Assembly (NCBI GenBank): GCA_051453625.1
Contig: JBOZIK010000001.1
Coordinates: 10,422,550-10,486,549 of the forward strand
Length of the DNA stretch: 64,000 bases
DNA from: Welwitschia mirabilis
Lineage: Eukaryota
Direction: 5' to 3'
Positions 26,774 through 41,400 of the stretch are shown in pieces. Numbering within the stretch: position 1 is the stretch's first letter; every line of letters begins with the position of its first letter. Below the pieces are notes generated by a model that was given only the letters and a program-made list of their open reading frames with translations, did no database searches and had not been told where the DNA came from. A program made the translations under genes and the position numbers.

Positions 26774-29700
26774 CTAGTGTCTTTCTCCATGGTCAATACA
26801 CATTAGAAGCATGTGGAGGTTGTTCAGGTAGTGGATNNNNNNNNNNNNNNNNNNNNNNNNNNNNNNNNNNNNNNNNNNNNNNNNNNNNNNNNNNNNNNNN
26901 NNNNNNNNNNNNNNNNNNNNNNNNNNNNNNNNNNNNNNNNNNNNNNNNNNNNNNNNNNNNNNNNNNGTGAGGAGCATTAACAGGTGTATCATCATCATAA
27001 GAAGCATCATCTCCATCACCCTCTCTAATCCATGATGGATGAATATCATCTAGATCCATCACATCTGAAGTTGTTAATGCCAATTTCTTCAAATAAAATC
27101 TAAGGTTATGATGGATAAAAACTAAATTATTTAATCTCTAGGTTGTAAATAGATTATGCTTCTTTGAGTGTATGTGCTCAAAGATTCTTTAATCATGCTT
27201 ACACCCTATAAAATAAAAGGCAATAACCAATGTCAAAAAATAATAAATAAAATTTGCAAAAAGACACAATGAAAAAAAGAATCAGAAATGTTGAATTTCA
27301 AAGTTCAAACCAATACTAGTTGTATTACATAGCTGTGAAACAATACTAGTGGCTATTTCTTTCAAATTCTTAGTCTCCAAACCATATTCAGATAACCAAT
27401 CCTCTAAACAAATGAAAGAATACATCATTTAGATAATAATTTTAGTCAGAAAACAAGTTATTCATTCTTGAATACAATAAAAACAACTTATTTAACTTGG
27501 TTTCAGCTGAGATTTCAATGACTCAGCCACAACTGTAAATAATAACAAACCCATCCTTTTTGTATACATGATCAAGTATTTTATCACTTGGTATGTCTTA
27601 TCTAGATATGGTATGATTTAATTTAGCACATCATGAAGTCCCAATATCAATCATATTTCCTCTTCTATATGATTAAATTCCCTTACAAATCTAAATTATG
27701 GGTTTAATATGTGTGAAATAGTATGAAATCATTGTGCATTTGATTCTCCCATCTATTTCCAATATTAGAAATATAATCAAACTAGAAATTAAGAAGGCAC
27801 ATAAATAACATTGANNNNNNNNAATGAAAATATCAAACTTCAAGTATATGACTTATATGCTTTGTACCTCTCATATAGTCTTTTAGAAATGTTTGCAAAT
27901 TTATCAAGAATACCACTCTCTGTAAGATAGGAATGGATGCCCTCCTTTGCCTTGATACTGCTTCATAAACATATGCCAAAGGTGGTCTTTCCCTATCTAC
28001 CTTTTAAAGAACAAGCATTGATGGTTGGGTGACCTACAAATTGTAAAGATGTAGATAAGTGAACATGACATTTGAATTTATAAATCAAAAAAAATTAATG
28101 TTGATGTATTTCATTATTTTTAAATATCTGCCTGGATGATTAGTACAATTAAAAACAATGTATGTCATATGAGTAGCCTCAAAAGTATGATAAAGTAAAG
28201 CAAATCTCTCTCATCATAACTCCATGATGGATTATAAAACATCTTCATTAATGCTTGCTTCACCTCTTGCATGCTATCTAATAATAAGAATTTTGTCATA
28301 AACCTTATTTGGCTAGGCCTAAGAAGTTCCTTACCATTAGAGTGCTGACTAAAAAGATGATGAACATGGGAGTGGTTGCACATAAATTTTGATATAAATT
28401 TTATCCTTTGCATCACCCAAATAATAATAAATGATAATTTCTCAATCCTCAAGTCATATTTCACATTTTCATTATGAAATACATGAACAAACATCTAATG
28501 TATTACTAACACTACATTTAATATTACAAATATTTAGTTAATTATCCTTTTAATCCAAGGCAATTTTTTAAAGTCTTCAAGAAGAAGATCAATGCAGTGT
28601 GCTGCACAAGGATTTTAATATAAATGTGGATAATGATGCATCAGTAATCTACTTGCTACCTTATAGGAAGATCCATTATTTGTAACAACATACACAATAA
28701 AAAATAAAGAAGGCTAAGTACAAGAGTACAAGACTACATCTTTGTTTTCATAAGGAGATAATGAGTGTAATTGAATTAAATAGGAACTATTTACCTAAAA
28801 AACCTTGCTAGGTCCTACTTCTTCAATTACTTTTTTGAACTCTTCAAATAGAAACTCAACATTTCTTATGTTGTCCAATGCATCAACAAATTTCAAAAAC
28901 ATTATTCCTGAAGTTGATGCTACCAAAAAATTAATGAGATTTCTATCCCATCTATTACTTCCCATCTATTACTTTAATCATCTATGAGAATGCTACATCC
29001 AGATTTGTTTCAAACCTTCTTATATTGGATCATCATATCCTCAATATCATGTTTGACATCATCTAACATGGATTTCTACACCTTTGTGTAGGTGGGAGCT
29101 TTAAAATTATCTAGTCCACACTCACTAATAGCATCACAAATCCTCTGAAACATGGGACTTACAAATGCATGTAATGGTANNNNNNNNNNNNNNNNNNNNN
29201 NNNNNNNNNNNNNNNNNNCTCTCTTGACTACATCCTCCTTATCATGCATGCTCATCTCAATTGTCTGTTGAGTACCAAGATCATGACATAAAGGCATCAA
29301 ATCAATAAGCTTATCTCGAATGGTTGATAATAAGATTCTAATCCTTGAGAAGATGAGCCAACTATAGGGCTAGAAAGTGGAGGATGAATACCACTTTCAT
29401 GTTGGGCATTAGCAGCACTAACCACACTGGGAGGGGAAAAAGAAGTATGTACCCCTGAATCTTTAGTTATATGCTCCCAACCATAAACTATTCTCTTTCT
29501 AACTATGGACATAGACACTCTACCCTCAGTTGCAAAACTAGAGCATCTTTCTCCATTTTCCTTTGTGCTAGAAGATCTATAAGTCTTACCTTGTTTTTCT
29601 TTTGCTCCTCTCTATAGCTTAAATACATACGCATTTCTTTCATTTGGGTAAGTTGGGGCAAGACACAACGTCATGACCAAGTAGTTGAGTAATGTGATAC

Positions 29701-29807
29701 TTTATTCTGTTTACACCTCCATGAAATGTAACCTGATAATAATTGCATTTTAGCACATCTAAATTTCTAGGATCTAGTTGTGTATAATGTTGTCATGCTG
29801 GATCCAT
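26774..29807 (-). pseudogene. hAT transposase pseudogene (BED finger, DUF659-type core, C-terminal dimerisation domain), intron-containing
   Basis: Minus strand: MDPA*QH..KCNYYQVTFHGGVNRIKYHITQLLGHDVVSCP (BED), NLINFLVAS, VVTNNGSSYK, PCAAHCIDLLLED, GKELLRPSQIRFMTKFL, WLSEYGLETKNLKEIATSIVSQLC, CKHD*RIFEHIHSKKHN..RLNNLVFIHHNL. Multiple stops and frameshifts. Confidence 0.92.
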
Positions 29808-31790
29808 TTCAGCATGTTTAATTACTACAAACAAATATTAATTGCAAATTTTAAATCCGATACTTAGGTAGAAAAACACATGTAATTTAAAAATAATATC
29901 AAATTTAATTAAAAAGTAGAAAAATAAATGTAATTTAAATAACTAAGAAACACTCTTAACTGCAATTTTTTAAGGAATGAATAGGCAAAATTAGCAAAGA
30001 ATATTGAAAAATAAGGAATGAAAATGATTAGGCAAAGTGGTCCCAAGGTAGGGAAAGCATTTTCACTAAAGAGGTAGGAATATTAAAATTACAAGAAAAC
30101 TGATACAATGAAAAGATATGGGCAGAGCAACAGGCATACAGATTTAAAGGGAATTCTTAAATGAATAATCAAAATTTCTATTAAAGCTAAAGAAAAAATA
30201 CACAAATTAATAGTTTATTACTAATTCATAAAGCAAACATGTATAAACAACATTAAAAAAATGCTACCATACAAGTTAGAAGATATAGTTTATAGGCCAA
30301 AGAAGCTACTTAATAAAAAGAAAAATGTCAGAAGAACTTACAAGCCATCATTTTATCCTTCTCCATTTTTTTTACAAAATTGGATATTCATCAATGATTT
30401 AGTGTGCATATTTCAGTAAGAATATTTAATAAACCCAAGTTCATTAATCCTAGAAAAGTGCTTCCTCATGCATTGGTTTGTTATTGTCCACTATTGAAAA
30501 CCAAGAGTCTTAGGAAGCTTGTAATGTCTTTATAAGATAAAATGCATCACGCATTAAAAAAAATCAACATTATGAGAACATAAGCATAAGAAAGATTGTG
30601 AGATACATGTGGATCCAAATGCTTGCATTTTAAGGATAAAAATATCAAGTAATTAAAATCAATATATTTGTGCATTTCTAGCACATTTCCTAAGCCTGTT
30701 TCCCCTTATCACATGCCTTTATTTATTTGTGCCAATAAAGATTCTTTGATGAAGTGGCCTTTTTTCTAAATTGATGTGTGATGGATACTTCGAAATACTG
30801 ACCTAGTAAATTTATAGTGGAAATGACATCATGAATGTTTTCTTTGTGCTTGTATGATCATTAAAAAATCATTTTCTCTTACAGTTGCAAGTAAGTTAAC
30901 AAAAGGAAATGAGACTAAACTAACTTATCCTTTTTCTCTATGTCTAGATGGGTTTATGAAATGTTGGTCAAGAATTAGTTAAGAGTTCCCTAGAATTACA
31001 AGGATGGCACTGGAACCTAGAATGTAAAACACCAAGTCTAAAGTAGTAAACTAGACTCTCTAGCCTAGACCACTAGGTAAATATCATATACATTTCACAA
31101 TGGTACTATCTAAATCATAAGAAATTTGATATAGTATACTGGAGTAGGTTTTGAGTACCTAGCTAGTTTTCCTAACATGAAAATCTATATGGTTATCTTT
31201 AATCATTTGGATCAGGTTTTCCATCTTTAAACAGTGATTAAAATGCCTACTTATGTTTTGCTATTAATTAAGAACTTATAAGTCAGGCACTCAGGCCTTT
31301 GCGATTCACCTTCTTTCTTTGACTGTTCACATGTTCTTTGTGGCTTTGCACATCCTCAATGCCTCAATGCCTCAATCACTCACAAGTAGGCCTTCATGTT
31401 TTAGCTTATATCTTGCTTATTCTCTATTGTTTGCACTTCATCACGAGCTCTTGTTATAGTGACTTAGTGCCTTTTTTCATGCCAAACTTCTGTCTTTTTC
31501 CTCCTTTATTTGTGCCAAACTTCATGTTTTTACTCTGTCTTTGTGGACTCCAACCATACTTCACTTTTTCTTACCTTTTGAAGTAACTATTATGCAATTA
31601 TTTTTTGGCTCTTTGGAAATAGTCGGTAACTAAATGCTGCTTACTAGGTGGTGACTAGTTGCTCGTAAGCTCCGTGACTCTAATAGATAACTTAGTTTGA
31701 TTCATATTCATTTTCTTGTAGTGACTAGTTGCCTTGACGATGATTAGTTGCTGCCTAATGAAATACTTCATACCATTACCACATCATTTA

Positions 31791-32106
31791 GAATTACATT
31801 AGTCTTGATGAAATTTACATAACCAAAAGATAAAAATAATAGGTATGGATGAGGAAGACAAAAGAGATAAAATAGGGAAAAAGGAGAAAAATGTAGGAAA
31901 AAAATAAAATGGGATGACATTAATGAGAGGAACTAGAAGATAAATAATAATAAACCACCTCATAATACATTAAATTCATATCATATTAGTAAATAGAAAG
32001 ACAATAATTTAAATGAGATTTTTGGCATGTGAAAACACCCATTACGCCTTTTATTTAAAAAATTCTAGGAATAAGAATAGAAAATAAGCAGCCAGGAGTT
32101 TATATC
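31791..32106 (+). repeat. Dispersed direct repeat (~315 bp), copy 2
   Basis: Homologous to 24821-25137. Confidence 0.85.
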
Positions 32107-32599
32107 TATTATTAATACCTTATTTTATTAAAGTTTTAGGCTTCATCACCTTCCTTTGGAATGATATCAATTCATGCGAAGGAGATTATACATAGATAAA
32201 GAATGGAATACATCCAAAACATAGAGATGCCTAGTTAGTAATAAATGGTTTCATGTAATCTCTTGTGTTAAATTTATTAGTTAGAGTTTGTCCAACCATG
32301 CTAACACAATTCTTAAATATAAATATGATTTCATTACATCTTCTTTATTTTATCTTAAAAATACTTTATTAGAAGATGATGGTATTTTTGTTGATCCTAA
32401 TGATATATGATAGTAATATTTCCCCATCTCTTATAAGAGAAATAAATTGAAAAAAGGTTTAAAACAAAGCAAGTATTATTTCATTTAAATAAGAAAGAGA
32501 CTAAGGGATAGTCCTAATAAATTAAATCTTCTATAAGATAAGATAAACAGGTTGATGAATTAGTTAGTTGTGAATGAATGATGAGATAACTAAATTCAA

Positions 32600-34380
32600 G
32601 TGAAACATTAAGGAATTAGAAAGATATCAAGAAATATATTAGAAGAAAAGAAATAAAGACACATGAATTTAAAGAGGTGGCTATACTAAATAATGTGTTT
32701 CAAAGGCTAATCTCAATAATGCTAGAAATCTTATAGATCATTGAATTCTTAGGCTACATAAAGAGCCACTTCAGATATACATATTATTTAAACCAAATAG
32801 AAAACCTTAATATTACTTTCAATTTTGATGAGATCTTTAATTAGAAAAACAAAAATGTATTCTCCTTCCGTTAGCTAAGAGTTAAACCTTATTATTAAAT
32901 TCTTTCTAAGTAATAAATCTTCTAGTATAAATAAATGGAATGTAGGATTTTGTAAACATTACTACAACATCTTAGCCAATCATGTAGATGTTTCTATTCA
33001 AGATATCTGGAAAGCTAGATATTTCTCAATTCATTGGAATTCCATAGTTCTAGTTTTATTTCCTAGAAGATTACCTATCACTCATCATTTAAATCTTTCT
33101 TTCATTATATTATGTAATATTTTATGCAAAGATATCACACAAGTACTCTCAAACAGGCTTAAAATACTCCTACAAAAAAATCATTCTTATAGATCAATCT
33201 AGTTTTGTTTAGGATAGAAAGATTAAGAATAACATCATTCAGGTGCATGAATTCATTCACTTAACTCACTCTTAGAGATTTTCTTTTGATATTCTTAAGA
33301 TTGCTCTAGCTAAGACCTATGATAAAATTCAATATGACATAGTAGAAATCATCCTCCATAATAGAAATTTGACGAAACATTTTGATTGTTCTTGTTACAA
33401 ATAGAATTAAAATAATAAGATATGATACTCAGTCTAATGGTATTAGAGATTGCTTTTTAATCTAGAGTGCACCCTGAAATAAGGATGTTCCATGTCTTTC
33501 TATCTCTTTAATCTAGTGGAAGATCTTCTAGTTCACTACCTTTAGAAGCATCAACGATATCCCGTGTAGAGGAATTTTTTCCATGATAATAAACACGCTA
33601 ATGATATTATTATCTTTTTTTTAAACCATAGTTATAATCTTAAGGAAACTAAAATCCTCTCCAATAAACTTTTTTAGCATGATAGGTGTTGATGTTCACC
33701 AGAATAACAAAACCTATAATGTAATAAATTCTATTAATTAGATGGCTGATACTATTTCTTTCCTTTCATAGTGTAACATTAAAAATCTCTTAGAATTCTA
33801 CTTAGATGCTTCTATTTTCATAAGTCAGCACCTTAAATAGGTACAAAAACCTTTGATTAAAAATATATCAATAGCTTAGGATCCTAAAAATTATATTTTC
33901 TCTCATATGTATGTAGAGTTATTCTTATTAAAGATATGCTTAATGTCATTCTTAGATATTGACTAGACATCTTCAAGTTCTTTGAATGAGTCATTAAATA
34001 TCTTGATAATATTAATAGGAATTTCCTTTAAATAAGGGCCAATAACTGAAAAAAATTCATCTTTACCAATGGATTAAGATCTATAAATCAAGAAAAGTAG
34101 TTATTCTTGGAATCGTGTTAATCCATCATCAACTTTTTATAAATAAAAGTGAAATGATGTGAAAACTTTATATAGATGTTAATAAGCCTTGGGTTGTTAT
34201 TTATCTTAGGAATTATGGCAAGAAATTCATTCCTAATCATAATTGTTAATATTTTTAGGGTGATTTGTATGAGAGCTAGATTTTTATTAAAGGGATTGGT
34301 AGCTAATTGCCTAGAGGGAGTGTTGACACTTGAATTTCTACATGACTCTAAACTTTAATAAATTAATATATTTTCAAGGC
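32600..34380 (+). mobile_element. Very decayed Gypsy gag/protease remnant
   Basis: Weak motifs only: DMLNVILRY*L (~33933; DVILGMDWL-like) and LEGVLTLEFLHDSK (REVEFTIEL.PG-like). Boundaries are approximate. Confidence 0.35.
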
Positions 34381-35874
34381 TATAAATATCATATTTATGG
34401 TTAAATTATTAGTAATTATATTTTATCCATTAATTCTTAAAATTATCATTAATACTAACCAAATTTTAGAACTTTATTTATAGGTCATCATGAACTACAA
34501 GAACTTTGTTCAAGCTTAACCAATAAAAAGAATCAATGCCACTATTTGAACTACTTGCATTACTTACATTTTTGGGTTAAACAAGTACTACAAAGAATGG
34601 AATGTTAAATAGAGGATAAGTTGACAAATTAAACTCATCGATCACTACTAAACCAATCTATGAAGATTAAGGAATATGTATCCATGTCCTATCACCTAAG
34701 GAATTTTTTTACTATCCATCTATTAATAACAAGAACATTCTAATAAACATCTTTATCCCTAAGGATAGTAATAAAATCAAAGGTTCAAAATTATTTATCT
34801 CTTAATTAATCCATCATCTAACTTTAAATATGGCATCATCATAGTAATGTTCTTCATCCATCCATTAAAAACCTAGAATTCTAGATTCAAAATTCCTATG
34901 ACTATAATGAGGACTTGTCTCATCATAAGGTTTTAAGCCTATGATCTTCCTCCCTAAGTATGAAAGAATGATTGACTGATTGAGTAATGAGGCATTCATC
35001 TTATTAGGTCCTAGTACTTGATCTATGCTAATTTACAATTATTTATAGTGCTTGCATCATTGTTGAATGCACGTTGATTTATAACTGGATTATTCTTTAT
35101 TCTTTCATCATTAATTCAATTAAGATTAGTAGATATGAAATAGTTCCTAAATGTCTTTTTGGTATATCTCTCTTAGGTCTATAGTTTCACTAATTCATTC
35201 AGGTGTAGATGATTGATATGCTAGTTTGTAATATATTTTATGTATCTTGGTATTTCGTGCATTGCATTATAAAATATAAAATTTATAATACTTGTACTAT
35301 TGTTACATATAAAATCTCCAGTGAATAATGTATTTATAAATCTAAGTTATACTTAGTGAAATAGTTTTTACTTAATTAGGACTTGCTTTACAGATTACCT
35401 TATGAATAACTATTCTTGATTTCTAGAAGGAGATATTCATTTTATTGATTTACTACTCTTTTCAAATTCCATTTCTTCTTAGGCCTATAAAGTAAAACCA
35501 TTATTTAACTATTTTTATCTTTGAAGTATCTTTAAAATATCTATGAGAGAAAAATAATTAGGATTAACTATATTATAATATAATGCCCTTATTTCTTTAC
35601 TTTATTAACTATATCTTCATAACTAGGGCACATCATCTAATGATCACCAATTACTATAGAAGCTAAGCAATAATGAGTTCATGGTGTTACTGCTGGGGAT
35701 TAAAATTAGTATTCCTTCATGTACCAAGAATCATTTTTCTTTGTCAAAGTTTATTTATTTCTATTGTCTTGAACATGTTTTTATTTAAACTACAAAAATT
35801 TTCATATGTTGTGCAAGAGCTAGAAGCATTTCAAATACAGGAATGTGGATTTAGAGACATTAATCTTAGATTCA

Positions 35875-37783
35875 TATAACACCCAACTTTTACAATTGAA
35901 AAACATTACTTCCAAAATGTAACACCTAATTTTTTACAACTAAAAAATGTTACTTTCCTTATTATAAATTAAATCCCACATGGCCAATCCTCCTCAAGTA
36001 ATTCTAACTTTCCTTTTATAATAACTCTCTTTAGTATAACCCTCTCCTCCAAGATACATTAAATGTTTCATCTTTTCATAAATAACTAAAAATAACTTAT
36101 TGCAAGAAATGATGAAGTAGTAATTAATTCAATAATAATTAAAGTTATGGGATAATGATTATTTTAAAAGATTATATTAAAGATTCTATAATTTTGAGTA
36201 TAACAGTTTTTAATAAGAAAAACCACAATGAAAATATAGAGAATTTTTAATGAGAGAATCAGGATTTATCACATCTGCTATTACAAATTCAAGAAGGTAT
36301 GATCAAGAATATACATGATTTAGTTTAAAAGTGTTCTCAAGATCATAGTAATTACATCACTGAAATTTCAAGATTCACAAAACAACTAGAAGTTTCACTT
36401 CAAGATAATTTCAACATAAACTAGAATGATAATCTCTATTTCTTTATGCCTTCCTTAGCCTTAAGCTTTAGTTTTATCACTTGTTTACATAAGAAATATG
36501 GAGTGAGAACTATGAAAATTTCATAGATCCTAGTATGAGCTAGACAAGGTAAGATAAGATTGGGATTTTCAAGTACCAAGATAGACAAGGCAAAATCAAG
36601 AACTTTTGAGAAACATACATTATTACAAGGATGACGATATTATGGATATGATATAAAAATAACCAGTTTATAAATTTTGCACATATTTTGCTGTTCCCTT
36701 CACTACCTCATTCAGTGATCTGTGAAGCTCACTGCCTCATTTAGCAATATGTAGTTTAATTAATCAATCCCAATACCTCATTCAGTGATCCATGGATTCT
36801 CACATTCTACTACCTCATTCGACGATTTGTGGAATACTCATTCATAAGATAATAAGAATCTAAGATATTGAGAGAAGTATGAGCAAGTTATATCAACCAA
36901 ACATAAATCCTCCATAAGAATAACTTGGATTTAGATTCATAAACATTTCATCAAGCAGAAAATTGTGAAAGCTAAGATTTATATCTAGGAATGCATTTGT
37001 TCAGTATCAATAACACACACATCTAGCATCTTTACAATATTACAAGAAAGCAGATATACCAGAGAAGTGTAAAAGGATGCATACAAGGAAAGGACCTATT
37101 AAGGAAGCAAGAATTAAATGGAACCATATCCATATTTGGTTATAGTATCTGAATACTTTAAGGCTTTTTTAAGTTACCAAGTCTCTAAGATTTTCTAAGC
37201 TTCACGTTAAAATCATCAAGATTCAATTAAATGGACTTTCTCAAAGATATGTGAAATATGAGGAGAGGAAAGTTCTATTTATAACATGAGGATGTGGGGA
37301 TTTGAGAAGACTCAAGAATATGAAGAGACACCATCATGAGATGGAGGTGGTGAAGGTGGTAAGCATTTCATAATTCCTCATCATTACTTGCCTGGCCAGT
37401 GGGCACATAATAATTCATCATAATAAATAAAAATGCTTTTTATTATACCACATGTAATTATTAAAATAAATAAAAATAAGCCATCTCATAATGTTATTTT
37501 TTTCCATGTAAAAATCAAGAAAAGTGCAGTAACCACACAAGGAAAATAATATTAATGCAACCATAAATTTAGCCACTAAAGATCTTTCTTATTAAGGGTT
37601 ACAACAAAATGATATTAAGGCTATTACAAAATGCAAGAACTTAAAAGTCTAAAATTTTCCACAATATAATGTCATCTTAATAACATAATATCTATATTAG
37701 CCTAAGGACTCTATAATGATAAAATTATTTTAATTAAAATTTTAAGCTAAATCTTTGGACCTTAAAACAATCCGGACGTGACA
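35875..37783 (-). mobile_element. Solo LTR (1909 bp), Tekay/chromovirus-like termini
   Basis: Termini TATAACACCC...GGACGTGACA (TG mutated to TA at the left end). Perfect 5-bp TSD ATTCA at 35870-35874 and 37784-37788. Minus-strand TATAAATAG near 37274-37282. Four internal copies of a tacctcattc-type motif at ~36700-36835. Confidence 0.9.
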
Positions 37784-38479
37784 ATTCATTACATGGGAAT
37801 TCAATTCTATTTAGGTGTGTTGTAATCTTGTTTTTGAAATTTTAATTACATAAAGGATAGGTCTAAATATATTACAAAAATTTGTGAAACTTATCTGAGT
37901 GTCTTGTTATTGATAGGCACCTTTATATTGTGAACTCAGAATTTTGAAATTGGATTCTTTTTTTTGGTTAAATGCCTTATGTTAAATAGCATAGCAATGC
38001 ATTATTTTTTTAATTTGTGTTTTGCTTCATCAAATTTTTAACTCAATCAACTCCATCATCACTACCACTGACATTGCTATACATTTTTGAATTCCTTTAT
38101 TATTAAAAACTCAAACTTAATGTTTTATTAATTTCTATCAATTTATACTAGTAGTATATCATTAAAAATCTTAAAAATTATGATTTATAATGTATTACAT
38201 AGGTAAATAATAAAAACCTAAAATGCCAACCACTTCTAAATTACTTTGATGTTTAATTTGATTAAGAATGTTTAAAACCTACAATTTCAATTAGTGAAAA
38301 CTTAAAATAAAAACCCCATAGCCATCCATTTAGCTAAATTAGCCATTTATAAAACTAATAGAGGTAGTGTTCATTGAGGATCACCTACAAAGAATTGAAA
38401 GAATTATGACAACTTGAATGTTTAGATATATCTCATTATATGGTTACACTTAATTACATAAACCAAATTGGAATAAAAT

Positions 38480-41400
38480 TATCTATCATAAAATTATTTT
38501 TCAAATTTTATGGCCTAGATTTTGAAGATCCTTATGAACATTTTAGAGAATTTAAAGTCATAATTTCAACCATAGGAGATTAAGGTGAAGTATTTAGGAT
38601 GAAACTTTTCCCCTTTTCTTTGAAAGAGAAATTAAAATCTTGGCTAAAAAACTTGAAAACTTGTTCAATTAGGTTATGGAGAGATTTCATAGGTGAGTAC
38701 TTAAAAAAAATACTTCCTAGTACACAAAACTAATGAAACTAAATAAAATAATGGAATATTCAAAATAGAACAAAAAACCTATCTATAAGGGGTTTAAGTG
38801 CAGATCTACTAAAGAGATTCTCACAACATGATTTGGAGGCTTAGTGATTATTAAGATTTTTCTATAAAGAATTAACTACATAAAGTAGACAACCAATTGA
38901 GACGATAAGTGATGAAACATTCACATATAAAGAGCCATAGGGAGCATGGGATATGTTAAAAAACATAGTTGAAAGCTCTAAAAACTTGCAAAGAATCTTC
39001 AAAAATGAAAAAGTAAACAAAACGAAATCAACCTTATAAGGTTATAGGATATAAAATATATAAGTAGGATGAAGAAACAAACTTACATGAAACATTATAT
39101 TGCATCTTTAAGAGATTACATAGCCTTGAGACATCTAAACCTTGAATAGCTAGTTGTGGAGCTATATGTGTTGCATGTACCTTTCATGAACATGAAACAA
39201 GAGAATTCTCCTTTATTTCACTCTAGAAAGGGATAGCAAGGAATCATATGAACATGGTACAAGCTAAAAACCCTTTTAGATAATAACAATAGAAACCATA
39301 TTTCTTATACAAATTTTTATAGCTGAAATTAAAAAAAATTATCCTTGTTTCTCATGGAAAACGTAATAGAATGAAACATCTACCTTAAAAATCCTATTGC
39401 ATTTTAGAGTAGATCATTAGAAAAATTATTAAATAATTTACAAAATCCTAACTAGCCAACAATAAGAAATAAGATAAAATCAATAATCAAACTAATAAAT
39501 CTCTTTAACATTTAGATTAAGAAATGAACCAACTTTATTAAACTCTAACCTACTTTTTAATCTCACTTAACTAGCTTAAAAAGGATAAAATTCTAGAAAA
39601 CTTATTCCCAAGTTAAAGCGTTGCAATATGGTTGAAGAACAAGGAAAAGTTATTAGAATTAATATTATATCAATCAATAGTAATACCCAAATAAATGAAC
39701 ATATTCAACCACCTAAAGAAGATCCTTGTATAGCTAATCCTGAATCACAAATAACACTTGAAATTGAGAAAGTTGAATAAGATATCATGGATAGATTCAA
39801 ACATGAAGAACTAGAAAAGCTCCATTGCCCAAATGTCTTACATTAATAGAAAATAAATAACTTGAAGAAGAATACTCAAGAATTTTATGGAAGTGAAAAT
39901 AAACATCCCTCTTTTGGATTCTATCAATAAAGTACATTCGTATTATAAATTCCTTAAAGATATATGCATAGTAAAGAGAAAAATGAATGTCACAAAAATA
40001 CCTTTCTAGCCTAATAAGTGAGTGACTTAGTTTAAAATAAACTTCTGCTAGAGTTTAGAGATCCTAGTTCCTTAATAATCTCATATGTCATAGCCAAGAA
40101 AAACACAGATAAAACCTTAATACACTTGAGAGCTAGCGTGAACCTAATTCCTAATTCATTATGTAAAGAACTTGAATTGGAAAAACTAACAAAAATTAGA
40201 AGAACATTATAGCTTTCTGATTGCTTAAATAATATCCTCACAAGAATAGTAGAAGATAGTTTGGTATCAGTAGAAAAGTTTATTACCTAGTGAGCTTCAT
40301 AGGTTTAAGGATGGAAGATAACCCAATAGAATTTCCCCTTATCTTGAAAAAACCATTACTATGAACTTCTAACTCTCTAATCAATAGTAAAAATGGAATA
40401 GTAGAAATGTCCTTTAGAAAATGAATATAAAGTTGTAAGTCTTCAACATAATGAAGAAGAATCCTATGGATGATGTAAGGGAGTTAGATTTAGTTGAAAT
40501 GGATGAAGATGAAACACTTATATATTTATCCCTATTAGAAGATCACCCATTATATAAGCCTCATGGATAACTAGCACTTATCATCTAAAGAAACTCTAGC
40601 TTTGAAACATTTCATAAGAAGAATAAAATTTGAACATTTATTATGTGCACCATAAAGACAACCTTTAAGTGAAGAGTATGTCCATAATGTTAAACTTAAA
40701 TCTCTTCTAAAAGACCTAAAACATGTATTCCTAATTGAAAACTAACCTTACCTTATCATCTCCATAAAGATAGTTACTTCTTAAAAAGAATGCTTAGTTT
40801 CTTTGCTTAAACAACATAAGAAAACTATATGATGAATTATTTTTAACCTAAAAGAAATAAGTCTTATTATATCCATGCAAAAACTCCACTTGGAAGAAAA
40901 CATTAAGCTACAACACCCCAAATTTTTAATGTTGTATTGTTGAAGAAGCCTTTTGGGGGGAGGGGAGGGGGTGTCTTCTANNNNNNNNNNGTCAGACAAA
41001 TGGATTAGGTAAAGAACTTGAATTCAAAAAGCTATCAAAAATTAGGAGAACATTGTAACTTTCTGATTTCTTAAGCAAGATCTGCATAAGAATAATAGAA
41101 GATGGTTTGGTATAAGTAGAAAATTTTATTACCTAGTGAGCTTCATAGTTTTAAAAATGGAAAATAATCAAATATAAATTTTCCTTATCTTAGAGCAATC
41201 ATTCCTAGCAACCTCTAACTCTCTAATCAATAGTAAAAATGGACTAGCAAAAATGTCCTTTATGAAATAAATACAAATTTATAAGTCTTCAACATAATGA
41301 AAAATAATCCTATGGATGACGTAAGAGAGCTAGATTTAGTTAAAATGGATGAATATGAAACAATTATATATTTATCTTTGTTAGAAGATCATTCATTATA

